Below are positions 17,127-27,287 of a stretch of DNA of 64,000 bases, piece after piece. Numbering within the stretch: the first letter of the stretch is position 1; the number at the start of each line of letters is the position of its first letter. The notes beneath the pieces were generated by a model, which saw nothing but the letters and a program-made list of their open reading frames with translations, did not search any database and was not told the origin of the DNA. A program made the translations under genes and the position numbers. The DNA lies in assembly GCA_041916575.1 (NCBI GenBank), contig JAYRZI010000002.1, positions 85,117 through 149,116 on the forward strand, written 5' to 3'. This stretch comes from Haliangiales bacterium. Its GTDB lineage: Bacteria; Myxococcota_A; Polyangia; Haliangiales; Haliangiaceae.

Positions 17127-18022
17127 TCCTCCGCGGCGGGCAGGGCCGGCGCGGAGGCGCTCTCTCCCAGCAGGTGCTCGCGATCGATGGCGGACAGCAC
17201 CGAGGCCACCCGGCCATCGGCTTCGAGTGCGGCCAAGAGGCCGGCGGTGGCAGCGCGATACTCGTCCTGCGAGAGCAGGCCCTGGAGCAGCCGAAAGCGC
17301 AGAAAGACGAACGCGGTCTGCGTGATGTCGGCCAGGCAGTAGTTCTGGATCGCCGCGAGCTGCCCGGCCCGGTAGAGGCCCTCGACCTGCGAGCCATCCA
17401 CCCCGACCTTGCCCGGCAGCCCGCACAGCCGCGCCACCGCATCGAGGCTGCCGGAGCGAGTGGCGCCGTGGTCGGCGAGCCAGTCGCACAGATCGAGGTG
17501 GCCCTCTTCGCTATAGCGGTAACGCACCCCGCGCCCTCTGTAGTACCAGGCCAGCGGCACGCCGTGGCACAGCGAGCGCAGCGCGATCACCGGCAGGTCG
17601 AAGGTGCGGCCGTTGTAGGTGACGAGCACCGGGTGAGCGCGGCCCACGAAGCGCGAGAACTCGACCAGGAGCTCGCGCTCCTCGCGATCGTCTTGCACCG
17701 CATCGGGCAGGCGCGAGCTCTTGGTGGTGAGGTTGCCGACCACGCCGAGGCGGCGAAGCTGGTAGTTGGCATCCAGCCACAGGCAGCCGATGACGATGAT
17801 GCGGTGCGCCCAGCTCGGCGGAAACGGTGGCTCCACGCCGTGCGGCAGCTCGGGACGGGTCCACCGGCTGGCGTCGGGGATGGTCTCGATGTCCAGGACC
17901 AGGTACTCCGGTTTGGCGCTCGACACGGCGCGCGCACGGTAGGCCGCCGGTCTGACGTGTGGCGGCGGTGACCGCGGCCGCCGCCGGCGCCGCGAGATCG
18001 TCCGCGCTGGCCGGATCCTCAT
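17123..18022 (-). CDS. predicted 3'-5' exonuclease (RNase H-like, PolB exonuclease-domain family)
   Basis: [11 protein letters not shown]… and …[11 protein letters not shown]…[16 protein letters not shown] resemble the DNA_pol_B_exo2 / COG3298 family. Start uncertain; ATG at 18022 was chosen. Confidence 0.55.
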   Translation of the reverse strand: MRIRPARTISRRRRRPRSPPPHVRPAAYRARAVSSAKPEYLVLDIETIPDASRWTRPELPHGVEPPFPPSWAHRIIVIGCLWLDANYQLRRLGVVGNLTTKSSRLPDAVQDDREERELLVEFSRFVGRAHPVLVTYNGRTFDLPVIALRSLCHGVPLAWYYRGRGVRYRYSEEGHLDLCDWLADHGATRSGSLDAVARLCGLPGKVGVDGSQVEGLYRAGQLAAIQNYCLADITQTAFVFLRFRLLQGLLSQDEYRAATAGLLAALEADGRVASVLSAIDREHLLGESASAPALPAAEE

Positions 18023-18101
18023 CTCGTAGGCGTGCGGAATCTCACGAGATGTTCTCGCGATTCTCCGTTGCTCGCGCGGCGAATCTGACAATACTTGCGC
18101 T

Positions 18102-19724
18102 ATGCAACCCCGCCTCGGGCTCACCCTCCTGCGCGCTGTCGCAACACTGGCGGTGTTCACCTGCGTGCTCATCGCCGGAACCCGAGCAGCTCGCGCGCAG
18201 CAGTGCCGGGTGATCGAGCTGCACTTCACGCCCGCCGCCGAGCTGCAGATCGTCGCCTGGATCGAGGACGCGCAGGGCGCCTACGTCGACACTACGTACA
18301 TCACCAACGGGGTTGGGCTGTACGGGCTGGGCAACCGGCCGGGCATCATCGAGTTCAACTCCGGGCCGCGCTGGCCTTACGGCCGCCGCGAGACCACCTT
18401 CCCGGTGTGGGCTCATCGCCACGGCCAGAGCTTCCCGGCGGTGGTGTTCCAGAACCTCGATGACAACCTGCAGGCCGAGCGCGATCTGAGCCACCCATTC
18501 AACGAATCCTCGGTGGACACCTTCTACTGCCGGCCGCTGCGCTCCGACGAGGCGGCCTGGGATACCGGCACCTGCGCCTCCACCCCGTACACCGACAAGG
18601 GGCAGCTCTCGAACACTCGTACCAGCCTGTACCCGCCGCGCTCCGATCTGAAGAAGCTCGGGCCCGATCACTCGTCGGTGGAGATGTACCGGGAGCTCAA
18701 CCCGTTCGATTCCGTCTCGCGCGCCACGCCGGCGGTCGATCAGCCGGCGCGCCTGAGCTGGTCGATCCCGCCAGGGCTGGCGCCGGGGAACTATGTGCTG
18801 TGGCTCGAGGTGGCCCAGGAGTTCGATCACAACGCCACCTACAGCGCCGAGGCGCGGCCCGCGCCGGTGGTCGCCTACGGCGAGTACGGCGAGCCGTATC
18901 GCGGCCAGCCTTCGATCGTCTACCGGGTGCCGTTTTCGCTCGGAGACACCGCGGTCACCACGCGCGTGGCCGAGTACTTCGGGTACGGCGATCCCGATGG
19001 CGCTGATGGGCTGGTGAGCCCCCCCGATGCCACGATCACTACCGGCAAGCCGGCCTCGGGCGCGTCGCGCCTAGCGCTGGTCCCGGAGGCCGGCGGCTAT
19101 CGCGTCAAGGTGGTGGCTCGCCCCGAGGAGGACAACGTGGCGCCAGGCTCGCCGATCGGCGCCGCGGTGACCTCTGCCAACGGCACCTCGCTGACCCTGG
19201 TGTTCGATGCCCCCGGCGACGACGGCATGTTCGGCCAGGTCACCGAGTACGAGCTGCGCATTCGCGCCAACGAGCCCATCACCGAGGACAACTTCGCGAG
19301 CTCGATGCCGGTGTCGGTGATGGTGGAGCCCGACGAGCCCGGCCAGCAGCAAACGGTGACGGTCACCGGCCTCTTGCCACAGACCCGCTACTACATCGGC
19401 CTGCGCGCCTATGACGATTGCCGCAACGCCAGCCCGCTGGTGACGGTGGAGGCCGAGACCACGGGACGCCAGCCCGGGGAGGTCGACGCTTGCTTCGTGG
19501 CCACCGCGGCCTATGGAAGCAAGCTCGCCAACGAGGTGGAGCTCTTGCGCCACTTCCGCGATGCGCTGCTCGCCAAGAGCGTGCTGGGGCAGCTCGCGAT
19601 CTCGGCGTACTACACGTTCGGCCCGTCGTTGGCCGGTGTGGTGGGCGAGTCGGAGCTGCTGCGCGAGACCGCGCGCGCCGCGCTCGAGCCGGTGGTACGC
19701 CAGGTCGGGCTGCTGCACGAGTAG
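18102..19724 (+). CDS. secreted protein with a fibronectin-III-like region and a conserved C-terminal [10 protein letters not shown] module
   Basis: Signal peptide [32 protein letters not shown]. An Fn3-like segment (…[16 protein letters not shown]…[18 protein letters not shown]…) is present. The C-terminus reads [27 protein letters not shown]…. Confidence 0.6.
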   Translation: MQPRLGLTLLRAVATLAVFTCVLIAGTRAARAQQCRVIELHFTPAAELQIVAWIEDAQGAYVDTTYITNGVGLYGLGNRPGIIEFNSGPRWPYGRRETTFPVWAHRHGQSFPAVVFQNLDDNLQAERDLSHPFNESSVDTFYCRPLRSDEAAWDTGTCASTPYTDKGQLSNTRTSLYPPRSDLKKLGPDHSSVEMYRELNPFDSVSRATPAVDQPARLSWSIPPGLAPGNYVLWLEVAQEFDHNATYSAEARPAPVVAYGEYGEPYRGQPSIVYRVPFSLGDTAVTTRVAEYFGYGDPDGADGLVSPPDATITTGKPASGASRLALVPEAGGYRVKVVARPEEDNVAPGSPIGAAVTSANGTSLTLVFDAPGDDGMFGQVTEYELRIRANEPITEDNFASSMPVSVMVEPDEPGQQQTVTVTGLLPQTRYYIGLRAYDDCRNASPLVTVEAETTGRQPGEVDACFVATAAYGSKLANEVELLRHFRDALLAKSVLGQLAISAYYTFGPSLAGVVGESELLRETARAALEPVVRQVGLLHE

Positions 19725-19746
19725 CGAAGCCGTCGTCGCTACCCGC

Positions 19747-20292
19747 TCACAAGCTCGAGGGCATCACCGCGATCTTGCCGGTGAGGGTCGCGCGCAGGGT
19801 GTCCTTGTTGGCGCCGCAGGTGCGCTCGATCGAGACCTCGCCGGCGAAGTCGAGCGCGAAGCCGGCCGGGTCGCGGCCGGCGCTGCACACGCCGCTGGCA
19901 GTGACGGTGCCGCTGGGCACCGAGCCGCGGAGCTGGCGGTAGCTGCACGTGCTGTCGCTGCCGAACACGTCCACCACCTGGACCTCGGTGCCCAGCGCGC
20001 GCGAGCCTTCGAGCAGATCGGGGCGCGGGACGCAGAACGTGACGAAGGCCTGGTCGTTGCCGGCGGTGGTGCCGGACAGGGTGAGGCTAATGACCCCTGC
20101 CGGCGCCGCCGGATCGGGACAGTCGTTGTTGGGGCGGGCGCGCAGGTCCTGGTAGCGCAGCGACAGGCCGGTGGCCGCGACCTCCAGATCGCCGGCCGGG
20201 GCCCCGCCCGAGCCACAATCTTCCTCGGTGGAGCAGCCGGCTCCGAGCGCGCCGGTCACGGCGATGGCGAGGCACAAGGGCGAACGCGACAT
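19747..20292 (-). CDS. hypothetical lipoprotein
   Basis: 181 aa with lipobox LGAGCS; Cys-rich; no recognisable domain. Confidence 0.55.
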   Translation of the reverse strand: MSRSPLCLAIAVTGALGAGCSTEEDCGSGGAPAGDLEVAATGLSLRYQDLRARPNNDCPDPAAPAGVISLTLSGTTAGNDQAFVTFCVPRPDLLEGSRALGTEVQVVDVFGSDSTCSYRQLRGSVPSGTVTASGVCSAGRDPAGFALDFAGEVSIERTCGANKDTLRATLTGKIAVMPSSL

Positions 20293-20311
20293 GGCGGCCT
20301 TTCGATTTTCC

Positions 20312-21391
20312 TCAGTAGGTGAATGGGATGGTCAGCGCCACCTGCGCGGAGATGGCGTTGCCAAAGCGGTTGTTCTGATCGACGTATTGCAGCAGCAGCT
20401 CGCCGCGCGACTGGCCCAGGCGCCCGTCGAGCCCTAGCACCTCGCCCAGCACGGCCAGCTTGGCCTCCAGCGTGTGCGAGGTGAAGCTGACGAGCTTCTC
20501 GTCATCGGAGAAATAGTCATCGGTGGGTTGGTAGCTGCGCTTGATGAAATCGGCGCGCCGTTGCCAGTGGAAGCGGTAGCGCAGGGAGGCCTCGATCTCT
20601 TCGCTGCCCACGACTTTTATCAGCCGCGCCTCGGGCGTGTGGGCCAGGACGCCCCAGGAGTCGGTGTAGAAGCGGTAGGTTGCGATCAGCGTGGTGGCCA
20701 GGGCCGGCGAGTACAGCTTGCCGCTGGCGGCCAGCGCGTGGCGGGTCCGGGTCTCCGGGTGGCGCTCGGCGATGAGCTGGCCGTCGGCCAGGACCGTGCG
20801 GTACGGGTTCTGTTGGAAGCCGCGCAGGTGGACCAAATCGTAGCCGGCGGAGATCAGCGCGTTGGGCGAGAGCACCTGCGCCACCGAGGCCGAGGACAAG
20901 AGCGTGCGCAGCGTGCCCTCGATGAGCTGGGAGAACGGCCCCTGTGCGCCCGCGTTGGTGACCTTGTCGGTGCCGGCGCCGCCGCCCAACCCGAGCACGG
21001 TGTTGTCCTCGGCAAGCGCGACCTCCGCAGCCAATCCGGCGTACAGAGAGCTGTAGTCCGGCTCCTCGGAGATCCGCGCATCGCCGCGCAGCGCGCCCCA
21101 GGACAGCTCGTGTGCGTACCCAGCGCCGGCCTCGTAGCGGCTCTCGGTGAACGCCGTGTCGGCCGCGCCCGAGGACGCAGAGGCCGAGGTGATGGCATCG
21201 ACCAGCACGTGACCGCTGGCGGTACCGTGGTCGCCGACCTGAAAGGTGCCATCGAGCATGGGCTGGACCACCCGGGTCGAGCGCTCCTTGTAATAGGCAC
21301 CGCGCAGGGTCAGCTCTCCATCGGCCGCGGCTGGCCCGGACCCGAAGGCCAGCGCCAGCGTGGCCGCCGCGAGGAGGTGGCTCAGTTGCAT
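20312..21391 (-). CDS. DUF3570 family outer-membrane beta-barrel protein
   Basis: Start at MQLSHLLAAATLALAFGSGPAAA (signal peptide). The sequence is rich in alternating beta-strand pattern and ends …ALTIPFTY. Confidence 0.65.
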   Translation of the reverse strand: MQLSHLLAAATLALAFGSGPAAADGELTLRGAYYKERSTRVVQPMLDGTFQVGDHGTASGHVLVDAITSASASSGAADTAFTESRYEAGAGYAHELSWGALRGDARISEEPDYSSLYAGLAAEVALAEDNTVLGLGGGAGTDKVTNAGAQGPFSQLIEGTLRTLLSSASVAQVLSPNALISAGYDLVHLRGFQQNPYRTVLADGQLIAERHPETRTRHALAASGKLYSPALATTLIATYRFYTDSWGVLAHTPEARLIKVVGSEEIEASLRYRFHWQRRADFIKRSYQPTDDYFSDDEKLVSFTSHTLEAKLAVLGEVLGLDGRLGQSRGELLLQYVDQNNRFGNAISAQVALTIPFTY

Positions 21392-21600
21392 CCGCATCCT
21401 CCGCCCGGCTGGCCGGTGCCGCCGTCTGCGCCCTCGCGCGAGCCGGTCTGGTGTTGGCCAAACCGCACCTCGCCGCGGTCGCGATCCACAGTCATGGACC
21501 GTCGAGCGAGGTTCTCGCGTTGGTGCGGGCGCACGACGAGGCAGGCGCCCTGGCTCAGGGCCACCGTCAGCACGAGGAGCGTTGGGGAGAGGCTTCTCAC
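21382..21600 (-). CDS. DUF4266 family small lipoprotein
   Basis: 72 aa from a GTG start: …LLVLTVALSQGACLVVRPHQRENLARRSMTV…GGGCGCN. The terminal GGGCGCN and VxPxxRExLA are hallmarks of DUF4266. It overlaps the start of the DUF3570 gene. Confidence 0.55.
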   Translation of the reverse strand: MRSLSPTLLVLTVALSQGACLVVRPHQRENLARRSMTVDRDRGEVRFGQHQTGSREGADGGTGQPGGGCGCN

Positions 21601-21773
21601 AGCGCGGGCACCATAGCACCGCTGGCCGCCCGCCTCGATGCGCGCGGGCGGCGGCGTGATCTGGTGCGCGGTGCGGCCGACCTGCCCGCTTTGATACGAA
21701 CGGCGCGCAGGGTCATCGCCCTTTGTGTTGGTCTTTGGTACAAGCCCGTGGCAGAACCTTCGTGGAGCCCCCC

Positions 21774-23405
21774 ATGCGACTAGTTGGACCAGCATCGATA
21801 GCGCTGCTCGCTTCCCTCGCGGCCTGCGGCGCGCCGCAGACCACGACGCCTCCTCCGAATGGGGGACCCACGCCGACTGGCCCGACAGCGCCGGCCGGCG
21901 ACGTCACCGTGGACCTGCCGAAGGTCGAGCTGCGCGGCGGTACCTACAAGCCGGAGGCGCTGGGGCTGCCCCTGATGCCGTTCGCCGAGCCCAAGCGCAA
22001 GACCACCCTCGACAAGGCGCGCCAGGAGCTGGCCAAGGCCAAGGAGCAAGAGGAGAAAGAGGCGCGCGCTCAGATCCTCGCGACCATGCTGTTTCGCGCC
22101 TCGCGTACCGAGCCGGCCGACAAGGCCAAGGCGTTGCTCGAGGAGGCCCGCAACGGTCTGCGCTCGTCGGTGACCGGCGCCACCCAGACCCCGGACCTCA
22201 ACACCCTGCGCATGCTCGGCGCCTACGAGTTCCTGGTGGGCGACATGGTCGGCTCCGCCGAGGCGTGGGGCAAGCTGGTCGCCGCCTATCCCCAGGACAA
22301 GGAAGTCGATAGCTTCCGCACCTGGCAGGCCTACTGTTTGCTGCAAGGCGGCAAGAGCGCCGAGGCCACTGAGGTGCTCAAGGCGGTCGTTCCATCCGTC
22401 AAGGCGCCCGAGCTGGCGTATGTGACGGCGTGGGCGCGCTTTCGCTCCGGAGACAACCCTGGCGCTTGGCAGGCGATGCGCGCCGCCACCATCGGCTGGC
22501 CCGACAAGACCAAGGCCACCGAGCTCGAGCGCGACATGATCCTGCTATCGGCGCGCACCGGCGCCGCGGTCGCCGAGATTCAGCTCGTGGCCAAGGCCTT
22601 CGTGGGCAAGGAGCCGTCGCTCCAGTATCAGCTCCTCTACGGCATCAGCCAGGCGCTCACCGCCTCGGGCCGCTACCAGGATGCAGTGGCCATGATGGAC
22701 GCGGCGCTCCTCGCTGGTGGCGCCATGGTGGCGCCGCAGGATCCGCCCAAGCTGCGGTTCCAGCAGTCGGAGCTCACGCTGCGCTTCGATGATCCGATCA
22801 CCGGCGCGCGCTTCGGCAAGCAGGCGGTGTCGGCGCTCGACACCTGCGGCGCCGCTTGTACCGATCGAGCCGACGTTCTGGCCGCGGTGCTACGTGTGGC
22901 CACCTTCTTCCACTCGATCTTCGGCACCAGCCACGATCAGCGCTACTACTCGCCGGCGCGCGAGCTCTACGACGCGGTGCTGGCGGCCTCCGATGCTACG
23001 CGCAAGCCCGAGGTGCAAAAGCTCATCGAGCAGATCGACAAGACCCGCAAGGCCATTCGTCCGGGCGGTGGTGTGCACGACAAGGATCTGATCGCGGCGC
23101 TGTTGCGCCTGCACGATCAGGAAGTGCTGGCTTGCTACGAGAACGCCATGGTGACTCAGGGGGCCTCGTTCGAGGGGCCGCTGTCGCTGGTCCTCGAGTT
23201 TGACGTCACCGGCGCTGCTACTGGCGTCACCTCCACCCCGCCGGCCGGTGAGTCCGCGGTGGCGGCGGTTGCGAAGTGCTCCGCCGAGCGCGCCAAGCAG
23301 TGGCGTCTGCCGGCGCGCGGCAAGGCCGGCGTGTCGCGAGTGACGATGAATTACAGCCTCGCGCTTTCCGCGCCGGCGGCTGCGGCCGCAGCCGGCGTAA
23401 AGTAG
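21774..23405 (+). CDS. lipoprotein with TPR-like helical repeats and an AgmX/PglI-like C-terminal domain
   Basis: Start MRLVGPASIALLASLAACG (lipobox). The C-terminus …HDQEVLACYENAMVTQGASFEGPLSLVLEFDVTG…CSAERAKQWRLPARGKAGVSRVTMNY resembles the myxobacterial AgmX/PglI C-terminal domain. Confidence 0.55.
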   Translation: MRLVGPASIALLASLAACGAPQTTTPPPNGGPTPTGPTAPAGDVTVDLPKVELRGGTYKPEALGLPLMPFAEPKRKTTLDKARQELAKAKEQEEKEARAQILATMLFRASRTEPADKAKALLEEARNGLRSSVTGATQTPDLNTLRMLGAYEFLVGDMVGSAEAWGKLVAAYPQDKEVDSFRTWQAYCLLQGGKSAEATEVLKAVVPSVKAPELAYVTAWARFRSGDNPGAWQAMRAATIGWPDKTKATELERDMILLSARTGAAVAEIQLVAKAFVGKEPSLQYQLLYGISQALTASGRYQDAVAMMDAALLAGGAMVAPQDPPKLRFQQSELTLRFDDPITGARFGKQAVSALDTCGAACTDRADVLAAVLRVATFFHSIFGTSHDQRYYSPARELYDAVLAASDATRKPEVQKLIEQIDKTRKAIRPGGGVHDKDLIAALLRLHDQEVLACYENAMVTQGASFEGPLSLVLEFDVTGAATGVTSTPPAGESAVAAVAKCSAERAKQWRLPARGKAGVSRVTMNYSLALSAPAAAAAAGVK

Positions 23406-23632
23406 CGCGACGGATTTCGGGGCGGGCGGGCCGACGGCCGATTCCGATGCGGAGGCCGGGGCCGATGTCCGGATCCGAGCTCGAAGGGGCGCGGCTGCGA
23501 TCGAGCCCGAGGCCGTTGCGCGGCCGACGCTGAGCCCGATTCTGCTGCCGAGACGGCGCGGCCGATGCGGAGCCCGATGCTGGTCGAGTCAGGCGGCGAG
23601 GGCGGGGAGTCCCAAGCCCGCGGCTTGCGGCG

Positions 23633-25048
23633 CTAGTGCTTTCGAGGGACCGCGCGCGAGGGCTCGGCTCGCCGGCGGCGTGGTCGACGCACGCCGCGCT
23701 TCTGTGCGGGAGGAAGGTGCGCGGCTACATACCGTCGGGCCAACGTGGCGCGGTGCTCCTGCTCGAGCTCTGCGCCGAGCGCGCCGCTGCGCTCGCTGGC
23801 CTCGAGAAACGCGGCGAGCGAGCGCGCGCACTGCTGGTGGTCGCCGAGGCGATGGTGGGCGGCGGCGAGATTCCAGTGGTGCATGGCCCACCGGGGTTCG
23901 CCGCTCGCAGCGCGCTCCAGCAGCGGCACCGCGGCCTGCACTTCATCGGTGGCCATCAGGCACAATCCAAGCGCGGCCACGGCGTCGACCTGCTCGGGCG
24001 CTGCAGCGACGCAGGCCATGGCGAGCTCCTTGGCCTGGGCTACCTCGCCGGCTGCCAGCAGGTCCACGGCGCGGCCCACCGCGGTGGCCAGCGATTCGCG
24101 GCGTGAGCGCTGCTCCACGTGCACCTCGTGGAGTCCGAGCAGATCACGGCCCAGATAGTACGAGGGTGGCAGGCCGCCCGGCCGGCTCGCCGCCCCTCGG
24201 ACGGCGGCGGCGCACAGCGACCGCGCGTGCGCGGCGTCGCGGCTCGTTTGGTGGTAGCCGTCTCGCAGCAGCCCGCGTACCAGCGCACGGGAAGCGGTCG
24301 GGCTCGATGAGTCGTACTCGCAGCGCGCGAGCTGCCCTGCCGCGTCGAGCTCGAGCATCAGGTGGCGTCCGTCCTTGGAGCTGGCGACCACGCAGGTGCC
24401 GCTGCCGGGACGATCGAGCACAGTCACCTCGACTGCGCCCGGACCACGCGGCACCGCCGTCGGTCGGGCGAGCTCGTGGCTGGCGCACAAGCGGCGAACC
24501 TCGCTGCGCAGCTCGCTGTCCAGGTCGAGGCGGGCGCCGAGCTCGCGGGCCAGCCAGCCAGCCTTGACAGGCTCGGTCACCGCGATCCGCTCGAGCAGAC
24601 CCAGCAGCTCGCCGGCCTCGAGCCGCTCCATCATCAGCGCCGCCGCCGCCGCCACATCGGCTGCGCTCGAGAGCTGCAGCGCCACTGCGCGGGCGCTTTG
24701 CTCCTCGACTTGTCGCGGATCGTGAAACGACGTGGCGGGCAGTGGAGAGCCGAGCCGTTCGAGCGCCAGCAACGCGGCGGTCTTGATGCGATCGCAAGCG
24801 CCCTCCATCGAGGCAGTGAGGTGGGCCACGGCCCGCGGCTCGGCCTCGGGCTGGGCGGCCACCAGCTCGCACAACAAGTTGCGTGCCAGCGCCGCGCGTG
24901 CCGGCGCCGAAGAGAGCGCCTCGCGGCCCAGCAGCGGCACCGCGGTGGCTCCGACGTGCGCCAGCGCATGGCGGGCACCCTCGCCGTCGAGGTCCGCGAG
25001 GTGTCGCGCCAGACGCTGCAAGTCCGCGAAGACGCCTGCCCGGTCCAT
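23633..25048 (-). CDS. hypothetical protein with C-terminal TPR repeats
   Basis: Start taken at MDRAGVFADLQRLARHL…; the C-terminal third has TPR-like helices. No other recognisable domain. Confidence 0.45.
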   Translation of the reverse strand: MDRAGVFADLQRLARHLADLDGEGARHALAHVGATAVPLLGREALSSAPARAALARNLLCELVAAQPEAEPRAVAHLTASMEGACDRIKTAALLALERLGSPLPATSFHDPRQVEEQSARAVALQLSSAADVAAAAALMMERLEAGELLGLLERIAVTEPVKAGWLARELGARLDLDSELRSEVRRLCASHELARPTAVPRGPGAVEVTVLDRPGSGTCVVASSKDGRHLMLELDAAGQLARCEYDSSSPTASRALVRGLLRDGYHQTSRDAAHARSLCAAAVRGAASRPGGLPPSYYLGRDLLGLHEVHVEQRSRRESLATAVGRAVDLLAAGEVAQAKELAMACVAAAPEQVDAVAALGLCLMATDEVQAAVPLLERAASGEPRWAMHHWNLAAAHHRLGDHQQCARSLAAFLEASERSGALGAELEQEHRATLARRYVAAHLPPAQKRGVRRPRRRRAEPSRAVPRKH

Positions 25049-25341
25049 TCGTTTCGCTACATTGGGAAATGTATCAGGCGAAGTCAACTGCGCGCCCGCA
25101 TCCGTTTGCGGCCGAGATCGCAAGGCCAGTCACTCAACTGCGGGGCGGCGATGCCGCGGTGGCGACCAGGTCTGTCACATGGCAGGTTCAAACCAGGCCT
25201 TCGCGCGTTCCCATGCTCACCCTGAGACGAAGGTGGGCAAGCGTGAGGAAATCGGTCTACAATGGAAAAACGCTTGGTGGCCCAATGCCGCCAGACGTCT
25301 CGAGCACCGGGCATCGCGGGCTCGTGCTCGGGAGTTGCCAA

Positions 25342-27228
25342 ATGGCCAAGACGGATCCCTCAGCTTCGCCGGATAGTGACGCGTCATTCGATGCGCAGCG
25401 CACGCACGTCCAAGAGACGAACCGCTCGGCTGCCGACGAGCCGACGCGGCTCGTGGATGCCGGCGCCTCGGGCAAGCGGATGGCTCGCGACCTCGATGAC
25501 AACTGGGCCCTGAGCGCTTCGATGTCGGTTCCGAGGGTGACTGGAGTCACCGACTCGGTGATCGACCCGATGCATGATCCCGAGGGGCCCACCGTACCGT
25601 CGCCTGCCGCGCCTGGGGCGATGCTCGAGGCCCCCACCGTGGCCGCGGCACCGCGCAAGCCGCTGACCCGCGCCGAGCTGCGGCTGCTCGGGGGCAAGAC
25701 CATCCAGGGCGTCGGGCCGGCGATCGGGCAGCGTCGGAGCCCGGTCGCGGAAGGTGCCGGCGCCGAGGTCTCGGCCACCGCGCTGCACGACCAGTCGGAT
25801 GTGCGCTTCTCGCGCCCCGGCGCGCCGATGTACCTCGATGATCGCCCCGGCGTGCTGCGCATGTCGACGGACACCTCCGAGGTCTCGGTGCCTGAGATCG
25901 ATGCGGGCACCAGCGCGACGACCGTGCTGCCGAGCAAGCGCGCCGCTTCACCCTACGAGGGCTCCGAGTCGTACCGCGATCCTCACGATGACTCCGGGAT
26001 CGGTGAGCTGGCCGAGCCGCCGCCTCCGGTGGACGCTCCCGTGCTGCAGAGCGATACCCTCGATCAGGAGCTGCCACCAGAGGCGGTGCCGGCACCGGGC
26101 AGCCCCGGCATGTCGCCGCCGCTGGTCGGTCACGCGCTGGCCGGTGCGCCGCCGCCAGGGCTCAAGGGGCCCACCGCCGTGTCGCCGGCGATCGCGCTCT
26201 CGGCGCGCCGCGGCCACCCGGAGTTGATCGGCGAGTCCAGCCAGCGTAGCGAGCGCGACTGGTTCGAGCCTAGCGGTGGCGTGCCGATGCCCGCCCATCC
26301 CGATCACTCCTTCACCGCAGGGGCGCGCAAGGCCTCGCGGTTGACCCTGCCGCTCCTGGTGTTCGCAGCGCTATCGGCGGTGGTGTTTGCCGGCGCGTAC
26401 GTCTATTCGCGCGGTCGCAGCACCACCCCGGCAGCGACCGTCACCTCCGCCGCGCTCGAGCCCGAGGCCTCGGCCGGGCTCGTCGACATCCGCTTTGATT
26501 CCCAGCCGCAAGGAGCCAACGTCGTGCTCGTCGATCGCGAGCACGACTCGACCTCCGTCGTCGGCACCACCCCGGTGCGGGTCGCCATCGATTCGCGGGG
26601 CAAGTACGACGCCATCTTCACGCTCTCTGGCCACCCGCCCCGCCTCCTGGCGGTGAGCCCCAGCGCTCCGCACCTGGTCGCAGATTTCTCCATCAGCGAT
26701 CCTGCCGCGGTGTCTGCTGCCGCGGCGCGCGCGCCGACCGGCGTGGCCGTGACCGAGCCAGAGCGCCATTCGGCCACCAACCCGGACGCCGCTTCGGCGG
26801 TCGAGCCGGCCACCGAGCCCGTCGCCGTGACCACGGGAGGCGCAAGCCCGACACCGGAGACGGTCGCCGAGGTCTCGAAGCCCGAGGCGCTCAAGGACAA
26901 GAACAGCAAGCGCACGGGTAAGCGGCCGCGCACCAAGGGCTCCACCGATCTCGACGAGGATGAGGATGAAGGCCCGGTTCGGGGGGTGGACCCTTCCGCG
27001 CTGGGACGGCTCACCATTTCCACCAAGCCGCCGTGCCAGGTGCTGGTCAATGGCAAGGCTCACGGCACCACGCCCTTGCGGGAGCTCGAGCTGCCGGCCG
27101 GCATCTACAAGATCACCGTGGTCAACAAAGAGAGCTCGATCAACGAGACCATCGCGGTGCGCGTCACGGCCGGCAAAGAGACCAAGTTCGTTCAGGACTA
27201 CACGTCGTCGGGCGCCACCGAGCCGTAG
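25342..27228 (+). CDS. PEGA domain-containing membrane protein
   Basis: ATG at 25342 (MAKTDPSASP…) with GGAG 8 nt upstream. One TM helix (LTLPLLVFAALSAVVFAGAYVY). Two PEGA-like modules: …DIRFDSQPQGANVVLVD…TTPVRVAID… and …GRLTISTKPPCQVLVNGKAHGTTPLRELELPAGIYKITVVN…. Confidence 0.6.
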   Translation: MAKTDPSASPDSDASFDAQRTHVQETNRSAADEPTRLVDAGASGKRMARDLDDNWALSASMSVPRVTGVTDSVIDPMHDPEGPTVPSPAAPGAMLEAPTVAAAPRKPLTRAELRLLGGKTIQGVGPAIGQRRSPVAEGAGAEVSATALHDQSDVRFSRPGAPMYLDDRPGVLRMSTDTSEVSVPEIDAGTSATTVLPSKRAASPYEGSESYRDPHDDSGIGELAEPPPPVDAPVLQSDTLDQELPPEAVPAPGSPGMSPPLVGHALAGAPPPGLKGPTAVSPAIALSARRGHPELIGESSQRSERDWFEPSGGVPMPAHPDHSFTAGARKASRLTLPLLVFAALSAVVFAGAYVYSRGRSTTPAATVTSAALEPEASAGLVDIRFDSQPQGANVVLVDREHDSTSVVGTTPVRVAIDSRGKYDAIFTLSGHPPRLLAVSPSAPHLVADFSISDPAAVSAAAARAPTGVAVTEPERHSATNPDAASAVEPATEPVAVTTGGASPTPETVAEVSKPEALKDKNSKRTGKRPRTKGSTDLDEDEDEGPVRGVDPSALGRLTISTKPPCQVLVNGKAHGTTPLRELELPAGIYKITVVNKESSINETIAVRVTAGKETKFVQDYTSSGATEP

Positions 27229-27287
27229 GCAGGCGATCTTCCTCCAGCGCGCTCGCTGCGGCCGCGCCGCGAGCGTAAGGTCACCGG

